DNA from: an uncultured virus (IMG/VR IMGVR_UViG_3300031853_000024)
Lineage: Duplodnaviria > Heunggongvirae > Uroviricota > Caudoviricetes > Schitoviridae
Length of the DNA stretch: 64,000 nucleotides
Virus record (IMG/VR): IMGVR_UViG_3300031853_000024
Direction: 5' to 3' (one strand)
Position 1 is the stretch's first letter, and each line of letters begins with the position of its first letter. This document shows positions 42,022-50,115 of this stretch, in pieces. The notes under the pieces are model-generated. The model worked only from the letters and a program-made list of their open reading frames with translations, was not told the DNA's origin and made no database searches. Both the position numbers and the translations under genes were made by a program.

Positions 42022-42478
42022 ATCATTATTAATTTCTTTAGGTATAATTTCTTATATAGTTGCAGGTGTATTTGCATATTATAAAGGCTATACAGAAGCA
42101 TCTAATGAATATAAGAATAGACTTGCAGAATTACAAACTAATAATTTACAAGCTATTTTAAACCAAGAAAGAAAATATAAGGATAAAGAAAATGAAATCA
42201 TCAAAGATTATTCGGAGAAGATGGATTTACTTAAACAAGAATACGAAAAGATGCTTATTGTTAGTAATAATCTTCGTGATACTTTTGTTCCTGAGTGCTT
42301 GCAGCACACCAATACAAGCAGTACAAGAGTGCCCCAAGAAACCAAATCTAAATCCAATACTAGATGTTACACAGAAACCGATTTACTCAGAAAAGTTAAA
42401 GAAAGTGTGGCTATCGGAAACGAATGTGACCAATTAGCTATTAGGTATAACTCATTACTGAAGTGGTGTAAACAATGA
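42008..42478 (+). CDS. i-spanin (Rz-like)
   Basis: N-terminal TM, coiled coil, C-terminal ECDQLAIRYNSL; embedded lipoprotein ORF. Confidence 0.8.
   Translation: MLINKSLLISLGIISYIVAGVFAYYKGYTEASNEYKNRLAELQTNNLQAILNQERKYKDKENEIIKDYSEKMDLLKQEYEKMLIVSNNLRDTFVPECLQHTNTSSTRVPQETKSKSNTRCYTETDLLRKVKESVAIGNECDQLAIRYNSLLKWCKQ
42192..42437 (+). CDS. o-spanin (Rz1-like lipoprotein), embedded in +1 frame
   Basis: hydrophobic signal and lipobox FLSAC followed by a Pro-rich mature part; true start uncertain. Confidence 0.75.
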   Translation: MKSSKIIRRRWIYLNKNTKRCLLLVIIFVILLFLSACSTPIQAVQECPKKPNLNPILDVTQKPIYSEKLKKVWLSETNVTN

Positions 42479-42528
42479 GAGAATTACTAATTATTATCCT
42501 ATTCTTTGCTTTATTAATGGTAATTTGA
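42475..42528 (+). CDS. possible 17-aa hydrophobic peptide MRELLIIILFFALLMVI
   Basis: ATGA overlap with the i-spanin stop; fills the gap to the next SD. Confidence 0.35.
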   Translation: MRELLIIILFFALLMVI

Positions 42529-42539
42529 GGAGAAAAAAA

Positions 42540-42785
42540 ATGACTAATAGCATAGATAATATAAATCCTACTCATTATACATATGGTAAATATGAATGCA
42601 TTGATGTTATTCAGGATATTACAAAAGATTTAAAGGGTGAAGAAGCATTTTGTATTGGTAATGCTATTAAATACATTTGGAGGTTTAAACATAAAAACGG
42701 TGTAGAAGATTTAACTAAAGCCAAATGGTATTTAGATAGAATTATCAATAAAGATGTTGAAAATAAATTAAAAGAATTAGCATAG
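42540..42785 (+). CDS. DUF3310 / T7 gp1.7-like nucleotide kinase family protein
   Basis: DNINPTHY..G..ECID...FCIGNAIKYIWR..HKNGVEDL.KA.WYL signature. Confidence 0.85.
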   Translation: MTNSIDNINPTHYTYGKYECIDVIQDITKDLKGEEAFCIGNAIKYIWRFKHKNGVEDLTKAKWYLDRIINKDVENKLKELA

Positions 42786-42808
42786 TTTATTTTTTACAAA
42801 GTGTTATG

Positions 42809-42834
42809 AGGGCTAGGTAATACTAGCCTTTTTT
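42809..42834 (+). terminator. intrinsic terminator
   Basis: GGCTAG-GTAATA-CTAGCC plus T6. Confidence 0.8.
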
Positions 42835-42849
42835 GTCCCCTACGGGGAC
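42835..42849 (+). promoter_or_regulatory. TAC-loop hairpin, candidate vRNAP promoter
   Basis: GTCCCC-TAC-GGGGAC directly after a terminator and before a gene cluster. Confidence 0.7.
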
Positions 42850-42888
42850 TATTGGGTTTTTTTAACTTTTTTTAATAGAGGGAAGAGA

Positions 42889-43137
42889 ATGACTAATTTA
42901 GAATTTAATAAGAAAGCTGATGCTTTGAGAGAATCACCAGAAACAAAAGAAGATTTTGTATGCGATCTAATCACAGAAAATAATCTGTATGATTTCATTT
43001 TATATGAGATGTTCAAAGGAGATTCAGAGAAAATGAATGAGGCTCTCGTAGACTACTATTCTGATGATTATGAAAAATACTGTGAAAGTATTATTTTAAC
43101 TTGGTTTGAGGGAGAAGATGACGATGATTTTGAATAG
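42889..43137 (+). CDS. hypothetical acidic protein
   Basis: 82 aa, strongly D/E-rich, GAGGG SD. Confidence 0.7.
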   Translation: MTNLEFNKKADALRESPETKEDFVCDLITENNLYDFILYEMFKGDSEKMNEALVDYYSDDYEKYCESIILTWFEGEDDDDFE

Positions 43138-43393
43138 ACCTGTAATAGAGACTGTAAATAGTGATATTAAATACTTCAGAAAAAAATTAAATAGTTATAT
43201 ATCTCATAGAATTAAATTAAATAAAGAGGTTAAGGAGTTAAAAGCTAATAAAACAGCAGAAAATATTGATCTAATTTATAAGAGAATGACTGAAATAGAT
43301 AGTTTAACTAAAACTATTGCTAGATGGGAAAGAATACTAAATTATCTAGTTTCTTATGCTGAAAGCATAAAAAATGAAGGTTCTAAAAAATGA
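43118..43393 (+). CDS. hypothetical coiled-coil protein
   Basis: ORF overlapping upstream gene; start at 43118 or 43124. Confidence 0.6.
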   Translation: MTMILNRPVIETVNSDIKYFRKKLNSYISHRIKLNKEVKELKANKTAENIDLIYKRMTEIDSLTKTIARWERILNYLVSYAESIKNEGSKK

Positions 43394-43563
43394 TTATACC
43401 TGATAAAACCATAAATCAGTTAATAAAAATTTTATATAAAAAGCTAGAATCTACAACAGATAGAGATACTATAAGTACTTTAGCAAGTATTATATGGTAT
43501 CTAGAAGATCACCAAAAATTAATGAATAGAATTAATAAATTGGAAGAAAAACTTAATAAGTAA
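43390..43563 (+). CDS. hypothetical protein (57 aa, not in ORF track)
   Basis: MIIPDKTINQ...KLNK*; ATGA coupling; fills the gap. Confidence 0.6.
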   Translation: MIIPDKTINQLIKILYKKLESTTDRDTISTLASIIWYLEDHQKLMNRINKLEEKLNK

Positions 43564-43584
43564 ATTTATATAGGAGTATTAATC

Positions 43585-44013
43585 ATGAATTTAGTTGAAG
43601 CAAATGACATTAATCACAATAATCGTTTAAATTTAATTGGTAAGGGTAATATTGCAAAAGATTATTACAATGAAAATCGCAGACAGTTTGAAGCTTACGG
43701 AAAAAATGAAAATGGTGATTATTTCATAGTTTATGCTATACCTGATTTTACAGGTTGGGCTGATAAACATTTAAGAATTAAATTAGAAATTCTAACAGAA
43801 GATGGATTTAAAGAGTATGAAATTGAATATGATCCTTATGGTGATAAATATGAACATTGGCTTGTAAATAATAGACATACCTTAGATTTCTGCTCTTTGG
43901 CTTACTTTAAACTAGAAGAAAAATTCGAAGATCCATTAACAGAAATATTAAAGGAAACTCTTAAAAAATCTTACGGTTTTAATGATTATGGTGAAAAAAT
44001 ATTTGAGGAGTAA
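43585..44013 (+). CDS. hypothetical protein
   Basis: 142 aa, TAGGAG SD. Confidence 0.75.
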   Translation: MNLVEANDINHNNRLNLIGKGNIAKDYYNENRRQFEAYGKNENGDYFIVYAIPDFTGWADKHLRIKLEILTEDGFKEYEIEYDPYGDKYEHWLVNNRHTLDFCSLAYFKLEEKFEDPLTEILKETLKKSYGFNDYGEKIFEE

Positions 44014-44017
44014 AATA

Positions 44018-44353
44018 ATGGGTTATTACTGTGATGCATATGCTGTTGTAGATAAACCAACAATAAAGAAATTAAAGCCTTTATTAGAAGGTATTACAGA
44101 TAATGTAACAATTGTTGATGATAATAGGTATTACTTAACTTTTACTATGAAAGTATGTGATAGATTCGATGAAATTCAAGATACTATTAAATCAAGTTCC
44201 TATTATGAATTAATAACAATAGGGGAAGAAATTACTGATATAGAATATGAGTCCAGTGGAGAATGTGAATATTATTTAGAACTTACAAGAGAGGCTTATT
44301 ATGTAGCTTCTCCATCATTTGAAATTAAAAATATAGGATTAGAAGAATGTTAA
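44018..44353 (+). CDS. hypothetical phage protein (paralog of 54917..55237)
   Basis: GAGGAG SD; MGYYCD...IGEEITDIE pattern. Confidence 0.7.
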   Translation: MGYYCDAYAVVDKPTIKKLKPLLEGITDNVTIVDDNRYYLTFTMKVCDRFDEIQDTIKSSSYYELITIGEEITDIEYESSGECEYYLELTREAYYVASPSFEIKNIGLEEC

Positions 44354-44613
44354 AATCTATACCACAAGAAAGTTTAATAGTTAAAGGATTTGATATGGAA
44401 TACCCTGTATATGGGAATAATTTATTAACTATAGTATACAGTAATTCTAAGAAAACATTTTCATTACGAATTAAAATATTAGATAAAAATCAGGTACTAG
44501 TATCTGATAATTATCCTAATAACGTAAGAACCCCAATTAACAAAGTAAGAAAGAATCTTAAAGCTTACTTTAAAGCATTTGGGTATAAAACTTTATATAG
44601 TAACCATGCTTGA
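44347..44613 (+). CDS. hypothetical protein
   Basis: 88-aa ORF overlapping upstream stop. Confidence 0.6.
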   Translation: MLKSIPQESLIVKGFDMEYPVYGNNLLTIVYSNSKKTFSLRIKILDKNQVLVSDNYPNNVRTPINKVRKNLKAYFKAFGYKTLYSNHA

Positions 44614-44654
44614 CATAATAAATTCTTTTTAATTTTAATGTGATCTCTATCACA
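44610..44654 (+). promoter_or_regulatory. sigma70-like promoter with overlapping CRP-like box
   Basis: TTGACA-N18-TTTAAT, then TGTGA-TCTCTA-TCACA (44639-44654). Confidence 0.6.
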
Positions 44655-44668
44655 TAGGAGAAATTAAA

Positions 44669-44803
44669 ATGTTTTGGTTTACTATCATTAATTTTGGCTT
44701 ATTGATATTTCTTAATATAGAACCAGATTATAAACTAATTTGGTTTATAGCATTATGGCTATTAACTGTAATTAAAATTAATAAGGATATTAAAAACATA
44801 TGA
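44669..44803 (+). CDS. small membrane protein (44 aa, not in ORF track)
   Basis: AGGAG SD; MFWFTIINFGLLIFL...LIWFIALWLLTVI; ATGA-coupled to the next gene. Confidence 0.6.
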   Translation: MFWFTIINFGLLIFLNIEPDYKLIWFIALWLLTVIKINKDIKNI

Positions 44804-45399
44804 AGATAATTGTTGAAGGTGTATATAATATACTGCCTGCTATAAGCGGAATGAGAAATCCATTAAAAAGTTGGGATAAATCAGACTCTACATTAGATGA
44901 GATAGGTCCTAAAGACCTAGCATTAGCTTGCACATTAATTAGAGGTGGTACTGAACATAGAAAGTTTTTAAGACAAATATTTGTATCGTTATATATTGAT
45001 GCCCCTATGTACTGGTGGGCTGAATTTGATACTTATAAGATAGGTACTACTAGAAACAGTACTTCCTTTATGCACACTGGATTAAAAGAACCATTTAGAT
45101 TAGACCAATTTGAACATGCTAAAGATACATTAGCATGGCACTTATTAATTGATAATTTAAATGAATTAAGGGAGAAATATGGTCAAACAAAAGACCCTGA
45201 TACATTTGATGAATTACGTTCTATGCTACCTAGTGGTGCTATTTATGGTTCTAGTATTACTATGAATTATGAGAATGTATTAAATATTATTCATCAGAGA
45301 GAACATCATAAACTAAGAGAATGGCATAAATTATGTGATGCACTAATAGAACTGCCATATATTAAAGAGTTTTATGATGCTTTAAACCAGAAAAAATAA
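44800..45399 (+). CDS. ThyX-like (flavin-dependent thymidylate synthase-like) phage protein
   Basis: GMRNPLKSW, HRKFLRQI, AP.YWW.EFDTYK, NYENV...QR..HKL.EW; canonical RHRxxS motif not seen. Confidence 0.65.
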   Translation: MKIIVEGVYNILPAISGMRNPLKSWDKSDSTLDEIGPKDLALACTLIRGGTEHRKFLRQIFVSLYIDAPMYWWAEFDTYKIGTTRNSTSFMHTGLKEPFRLDQFEHAKDTLAWHLLIDNLNELREKYGQTKDPDTFDELRSMLPSGAIYGSSITMNYENVLNIIHQREHHKLREWHKLCDALIELPYIKEFYDALNQKK

Positions 45400-45616
45400 A
45401 TATAACAGCTATAGTAATTAATAAACTACCAGATAATTTAAATGAGGCTAGTATATAATCATATATTCTAGCCTCTATTTTATTTAAAGGATTAAATTCT
45501 AAACCAAAGTAAATAGTATTAGTTAATTCATTTGCATAGAGTATATTAATACAACCCCCAATTAAAAAGGAGGTAATAAGTAATATATTAATTAATATTA
45601 ATACTTTCTTCTTCAT
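45362..45616 (-). CDS. small two-TM membrane protein
   Basis: MKKK followed by two hydrophobic helices; own minus-strand promoter upstream. Confidence 0.55.
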   Translation of the reverse strand: MKKKVLILINILLITSFLIGGCINILYANELTNTIYFGLEFNPLNKIEARIYDYILASFKLSGSLLITIAVIFIFSGLKHHKTL

Positions 45617-45688
45617 ATTAATTTATTAAACCGTATTAATTAATAATATATAAATTAAGGTTAGCTTTTTTGTGTGCTAGCACACGCA

Positions 45689-45717
45689 AGTGTAATATCA
45701 AAATTAAAAACTGTCAA
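45689..45717 (-). promoter_or_regulatory. sigma70-like promoter
   Basis: TTGACA-N17-TACACT. Confidence 0.6.
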
Positions 45718-45739
45718 GTAAAAAATCATTTAGAAAAAA

Positions 45740-45800
45740 TTTAATATTTTGTATAGAAGCAAAAAGTCATACCTGAAATTTTTAATATTTTGTATAGAAG
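45740..45800. repeat. 20-bp direct repeat
   Basis: TTTAATATTTTGTATAGAAG at 45740-45759 and 45781-45800. Confidence 0.85.
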
Positions 45801-45856
45801 TAGATTAACAGAGGGTAAAAAAATTAATTAGGGGGAGTCCCCCCCCCCTATGACCC

Positions 45857-45870
45857 TACAATGCGATGGT
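45857..45870 (+). promoter_or_regulatory. conserved early-region motif TACAATGCGATGGT (copy 1)
   Basis: identical copies at 46924 and 49418, variant at 46217. Confidence 0.65.
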
Positions 45871-45893
45871 GTAAACAATATAGGAGACATACC

Positions 45894-46121
45894 ATGTTAG
45901 TTAATAAAGACCTCACTAGAGAATCATTACGTATCTACGTAAGTAATCATCAGATATACGCAAAGATTTTTCATAAATCCCATCATGGGAAATGGGAAAC
46001 GGAAGAATATTTCAAGGATTATGGTTTTGAGATAGATAGAGAGCACACAAAGCTCACTATTAAAGAAATCAAGAGGTTATGGGGATTGCAAAATCCAAAA
46101 TTGAGTATTATTAATTATTAA
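45894..46121 (+). CDS. hypothetical early protein
   Basis: TAGGAG SD before ATG 45894 (MLVNKD). Confidence 0.7.
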   Translation: MLVNKDLTRESLRIYVSNHQIYAKIFHKSHHGKWETEEYFKDYGFEIDREHTKLTIKEIKRLWGLQNPKLSIINY

Positions 46122-46130
46122 TTAATACTC

Positions 46131-46159
46131 ACGTCCTGAGTAAGACGTTAAACTGCTCA
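46131..46159 (+). other. compact H-type pseudoknot candidate
   Basis: ACGTC/GACGT stem; loop TGAGTA pairs with downstream TGCTCA. Confidence 0.5.
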
Positions 46160-46216
46160 CTAATTGTTTTTTTTTTTTTTAATTATCACATTGTATCTAG
46201 TCTAGGCTAGACCCTA

Positions 46217-46230
46217 AACAGTGTGATGGT
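46217..46230 (+). promoter_or_regulatory. early-region motif variant AACAGTGTGATGGT
   Basis: 11/14 match to TACAATGCGATGGT; GACCCTA also precedes copy 1. Confidence 0.5.
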
Positions 46231-46263
46231 TAATCTTAATTCACATTTATAGGAGACAATATT

Positions 46264-46563
46264 ATGATCGACTTAGATTCTTTTATCAAAAATGAAGGCA
46301 TTGGTTATTTACATGACTTTGGTGATTCAATCACTATAAGCAAAAATGACTTAACATCATTAAAGAGGTCAAAAGTAGAAGATAAATATATGGCAACTAT
46401 CCAGCTTAACAGCAAAGAAGAAACCATTGATTATCTGACTGCAAAAGACCTGATGGCTCTTCGAGATGGAAAATTAATAAAGTGCACTTGGACTCGCTCT
46501 AAGAGTGGAAAGCCTTATTGGAACCATAGTAGTGTTTACATTGAAAATGAGGAGGAATTATGA
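46264..46563 (+). CDS. hypothetical early protein
   Basis: 99 aa, TAGGAG SD. Confidence 0.75.
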   Translation: MIDLDSFIKNEGIGYLHDFGDSITISKNDLTSLKRSKVEDKYMATIQLNSKEETIDYLTAKDLMALRDGKLIKCTWTRSKSGKPYWNHSSVYIENEEEL

Positions 46564-46799
46564 GCTTCCTAACTACTCTGTGCGATAGTGCAGAAAATAA
46601 GTTGGTAAGAACTCTGGGGGGCTACCGCAAGGCAGCCCAAATCCATAGCAATATTGCTCTTCTTCATGAGATGCAGTCATCGAATGTACACTTCGATGAT
46701 TTCATCGAAGAGGAGGAATATAGTAATGGAACTATATCACTAGAGAAATTACTTAAACCTAAAGAAACTGTCGAAATAAACATGGCAGGTAAAAAGTAA
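46560..46799 (+). CDS. hypothetical early protein
   Basis: 79 aa, GAGGAGG SD, ATGA coupling. Confidence 0.75.
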   Translation: MSFLTTLCDSAENKLVRTLGGYRKAAQIHSNIALLHEMQSSNVHFDDFIEEEEYSNGTISLEKLLKPKETVEINMAGKK

Positions 46800-46806
46800 A
46801 TATTTA

Positions 46807-46834
46807 GAGGGACAATATTAATTGTCCCTTTTTT
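46807..46834 (+). terminator. intrinsic terminator
   Basis: AGGGACAAT/ATTGTCCCT stem plus T run. Confidence 0.8.
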
Positions 46835-46923
46835 ATTAAATATTTTTTATTCCTAGTTTTAGGCTAGTCCTAGACTAGTCCTTAATAAACTAGTTATAGA
46901 AAGGCTACTAAAGCAATAGTTTA

Positions 46924-46937
46924 TACAATGCGATGGT
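46924..46937 (+). promoter_or_regulatory. conserved early-region motif TACAATGCGATGGT (copy 2)
   Basis: exact repeat upstream of the RNAP II genes. Confidence 0.65.
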
Positions 46938-46999
46938 AGCAATATGTAGACAATATTCTATCACTACAAATAATTGTGTGATTTTTTATTGTTTATGGG

Positions 47000-47014
47000 A
47001 GCACCTACGGTGCT
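47000..47014 (+). promoter_or_regulatory. TAC-loop hairpin, candidate vRNAP promoter
   Basis: AGCACC-TAC-GGTGCT, about 40 nt before the RNAP II subunit 1 start. Confidence 0.7.
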
Positions 47015-47052
47015 TAAAGTGGTTTAATCAATCTATAGAAAGGAGTTTTATC

Positions 47053-47985
47053 ATGATTGATTTGCAAGAAATATGTAAAATCTTTGGTTCTAATTTAAGA
47101 GCAAAAGTAAATAAGAAACTTGACACTAAGCTTACTACATTAAAAAGCAAGGTCAAGAAAAATGGTCAACCATATTCTACTGAATGGGTTGAAGACCTTA
47201 TAAAGCTTAGTGATAATGTTAACTATACACACATAGCTATGAATATTCTTAACTGTTTAAGGGGGACAGATAAGGAACATGGCAAGACCATTCATCAAAT
47301 GGTTGGATATGTTTTACCAAGAGAAATATCACAATACCATACTAACAGGTTTGGTCAGTGGGTATCAATAGTGCTCACTGCCATAATGGATAGTAACTTG
47401 CTTATTGAAGGCGATACACTTGTAACTATTAAACAAGTCCAATGTGCAGACGGTACGATGGTAAAAAAGATTATCAAAACAAGAACCTTTTATCTAAATC
47501 TTAAAGCATTACATAATGCAGATTTAGGTGAAGTTACTGCATTGATTAAAAAACCAAATTCTAAGGCTCATAGAACTAATAGAGTCCTAGGTTCTATTTG
47601 GGTTAAGGACTCAACAAAGCTAAATCATAATAAACAGATTATAGATTTAGTAAATGGAGTGGCTCTTACCTTTAACCAAGAGATATTAGCCAAGCTCAAT
47701 TATGAGTTCCCATTGGACGAACCAAATCCAGATGATTGGGACTCAGCAAAGTTTGCCAATTATGAAGACTGGGTTGCTGATAGAGAAGAGCAGCACAGAG
47801 GATATATTGGCAAGTTACCTGAAGCTATTAGAGAGATGGGTGATGAAGTATTTTATAACACCTATGCTCCAGATAGCAGAGGAAGGTTGTACCCTACGAA
47901 TGACGCAGGTAATTTCGTAGGAATAAAATATATTAGGTCAATAGTGCAATTTGCTGATGATTGCATTGTTGATGTCAATGAATAA
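47053..47985 (+). CDS. RNA polymerase II subunit 1 (N4 gp15-like)
   Basis: DSRGRLY (DxRGRxY) motif near the C-terminus; AAGGAG SD before ATG 47053; precedes subunit 2. Confidence 0.85.
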   Translation: MIDLQEICKIFGSNLRAKVNKKLDTKLTTLKSKVKKNGQPYSTEWVEDLIKLSDNVNYTHIAMNILNCLRGTDKEHGKTIHQMVGYVLPREISQYHTNRFGQWVSIVLTAIMDSNLLIEGDTLVTIKQVQCADGTMVKKIIKTRTFYLNLKALHNADLGEVTALIKKPNSKAHRTNRVLGSIWVKDSTKLNHNKQIIDLVNGVALTFNQEILAKLNYEFPLDEPNPDDWDSAKFANYEDWVADREEQHRGYIGKLPEAIREMGDEVFYNTYAPDSRGRLYPTNDAGNFVGIKYIRSIVQFADDCIVDVNE

Positions 47986-48055
47986 TATCAGCATTTAAAT
48001 GGTAGAGCTGTGTACAATACATGGCTCTTTTTTATTAATAAATATAGGAGTTATC

Positions 48056-49324
48056 ATGGAATATTTTTCAGCTTATAATTACGTTCTTTCTCAGGTAGGT
48101 GCATACTGCTTGGGATTAGACAAAGAGTCATTTCAGACTCGTATTGAAAAAGTCAAAAAATATGGTTTCCAATACTGTTTGGAACAAGCAAATAAAATCA
48201 AGAAAGCAAGTGAAAGAGCACTTGCATACCAATCCTTACAAATGTGGTTTGAGGTGACACATAAAGGCAGAACCGCACTGCCAATATTCTTAGATTGGTG
48301 CTCATCAGGTATCAGTCTTATTAGTGCATTAACCAGATGTGTTATTGGTATGAAATCTTGCGGTGTATTCAATATTGCATCAGCAGGAAACTTTTATAAG
48401 TTAATAGCAGATGAGCTTAATGCAGAACTTAGTACTGATTTTACAAGAAGTACCTGTAAACCATTTACTATCCCTTTCTATTATGGAGGGGATAAGAATG
48501 TGAAGGACGCTCTAGGTGAAAACGCTGAAACATTTCACAAGATTTATAAAAAACTCGTACCAGGAGGATATGAGTTTAGAACCAAAACAATAGAATCTTG
48601 GAATGAGAAAGCATATTATTATACTTGGACTCTGCCTAATGGGTATGAGGTTGAGATACCTGTATTACAAGACCCAGTGCTACAAACAGTAGAAGTTGGG
48701 GAAGAAATAAGCTTAAAATGCTCATTTAAGCTACAGGGACCAAGACCTACATACTTGGAAGGTAGAAATGGTGAACTCTATCGCAATAATCATACTAAGG
48801 GTAATGGTGCAAACATTATCCATAGTGTTGATGGATTTGTGTTAGAGGAAATGCATGGTATGGCTCATATGCCTAAAACCAGAGCATTTGAAATACTCTA
48901 TAAAAGCACTATTACGAGTGAAAGCACTGAATTTGGTGATAGATTTAATGCTTGGGATAACCCTGAACTTGCAAGGATATTCCAGGCTTGGAAAGACACC
49001 AATTATCCAAGTGTAATGTGGTTCTATTTGCTAGCTGACTGTGAAGGTATTCAATTACCACCTGAGTTGTATTCACAATTAGTACAATTAGCTAATAGAT
49101 TGCCTGAAGAAGAATTTAACATTATCTCTATACATGATGAATTTGGTTGCTTGCCAACTCATGTAAATGATATGCGCAAAAATGCTAACACCATTTATGC
49201 AAATATCTATAGAAGTAACATGTTAGATTATTTTAATAAAGTATTTAAAATGGATATAACAGTAAATCCATTTAATCAGGACATATATGACAAATTATTG
49301 GAGGTAGATTACTTACTGTCTTGA
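48056..49324 (+). CDS. RNA polymerase II subunit 2 (N4 gp16-like)
   Basis: GLDK..F..RI, motif A LDWCSSG, motif B RSTCK....FYYG, ANIIHSVDG, motif C IHDEF. Confidence 0.92.
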   Translation: MEYFSAYNYVLSQVGAYCLGLDKESFQTRIEKVKKYGFQYCLEQANKIKKASERALAYQSLQMWFEVTHKGRTALPIFLDWCSSGISLISALTRCVIGMKSCGVFNIASAGNFYKLIADELNAELSTDFTRSTCKPFTIPFYYGGDKNVKDALGENAETFHKIYKKLVPGGYEFRTKTIESWNEKAYYYTWTLPNGYEVEIPVLQDPVLQTVEVGEEISLKCSFKLQGPRPTYLEGRNGELYRNNHTKGNGANIIHSVDGFVLEEMHGMAHMPKTRAFEILYKSTITSESTEFGDRFNAWDNPELARIFQAWKDTNYPSVMWFYLLADCEGIQLPPELYSQLVQLANRLPEEEFNIISIHDEFGCLPTHVNDMRKNANTIYANIYRSNMLDYFNKVFKMDITVNPFNQDIYDKLLEVDYLLS

Positions 49325-49338
49325 TTTGTATCTGTTGG

Positions 49339-49372
49339 GGGCACAGCTCGCAAGCTCGCTGTGCCTATTTTT
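49339..49372 (+). terminator. probable terminator after RNAP II genes
   Basis: GGCACAGC...GCTGTGCC stem followed by TATTTTT. Confidence 0.6.
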
Positions 49373-49397
49373 ATTAATGTTTATTTAGCTAACTGTC

Positions 49398-49431
49398 GCA
49401 CCTATGGTGCTAAAGAGTACAATGCGATGGT
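49398..49431 (+). promoter_or_regulatory. hairpin variant (TAT loop) adjacent to TACAATGCGATGGT copy 3
   Basis: GCACC-TAT-GGTGC (49398-49410) and motif at 49418-49431. Confidence 0.6.
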
Positions 49432-49464
49432 TAGTTATTGTATTATCAATTTTAGGAGTAAATC

Positions 49465-49677
49465 ATGAAACTACATTATGAATCTAACTATTTAGTAGTT
49501 AGAAATAACTATCTATATCTAAATGATTTCTATACCTACAGAAGATGGGTAAAATTTAATATATCTCTCCTATCAAAAGGAGAGAAGAAAAAATTAAGTA
49601 TGGGTGTGGTTAATAAGAGTATACACATCAAATTATGGACTATATGTTTAGCTAATGCTAAGCATGAACATCCGTAA
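49465..49677 (+). CDS. hypothetical protein
   Basis: 70 aa, TAGGAG SD. Confidence 0.7.
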   Translation: MKLHYESNYLVVRNNYLYLNDFYTYRRWVKFNISLLSKGEKKKLSMGVVNKSIHIKLWTICLANAKHEHP

Positions 49678-49681
49678 TTTT

Positions 49682-49761
49682 AGGAGGGCAATATTGCTCT
49701 CCTTTTTTTCTTTTCACATAATATAAGTAATAGCACTATAATAAGTGTTATTACTTATATT
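49682..49761 (+). terminator. tandem terminator-like hairpins
   Basis: AGGAGGGCAAT/ATTGCTCTCCT plus T run, then 18-bp AATATAAGTAATAGCACT/AGTGTTATTACTTATATT plus T run. Confidence 0.7.
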
Positions 49762-49795
49762 TTTTTTTCTTTTATTATTAAATGGAGACATATAA

Positions 49796-50095
49796 ATGAG
49801 TATTGAAAGTACTATTAGAGAATTAGAATCACAATTAAATGAATTAAAAGCATCAATTAAACCAAAGAAATATAAACTAACTAAAAAAATGCAGCGACTT
49901 CTAACAGAGAAAATGAATGAAGAGGTTTATATTGAATTAGCACTTATAAATAACAACACAATAGCTGAAGTAATGAGTAAATTAATTGAATTACTCAACA
50001 CTGAAGAGGGATTAGAAGGAGTTAAGTACGATGATATTTTTATTGATTTTAATGGTACTTATATTCCTGAAAGATATTTAGAGTGTATTTCTTAG
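49796..50095 (+). CDS. hypothetical protein
   Basis: 99 aa, GGAG SD. Confidence 0.7.
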   Translation: MSIESTIRELESQLNELKASIKPKKYKLTKKMQRLLTEKMNEEVYIELALINNNTIAEVMSKLIELLNTEEGLEGVKYDDIFIDFNGTYIPERYLECIS

Positions 50096-50097
50096 TG

Positions 50098-50112
50098 AGC
50101 CCCTACGGGGCT
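50098..50112 (+). promoter_or_regulatory. TAC-loop hairpin, candidate vRNAP promoter
   Basis: AGCCCC-TAC-GGGGCT. Confidence 0.7.
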
Positions 50113-50115
50113 TAA

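Noticed and set aside
45740..45800. Mini CRISPR array
   Set aside because: Only two 20-bp AT-rich copies with a 21-bp gap; the Cas4-like nuclease is the standard N4 gp42-type gene
46264..46799. Assignment as N4 gp1/gp2 (RNAP II cofactor) homologs
   Set aside because: Position fits but no recognisable sequence motif; needs a profile search
46933..47052. N-terminal extensions in the ORF track (46933, 47999, 50609, 55256, 45861)
   Set aside because: They run through terminators or cis motifs; SD-led internal ATGs are better starts
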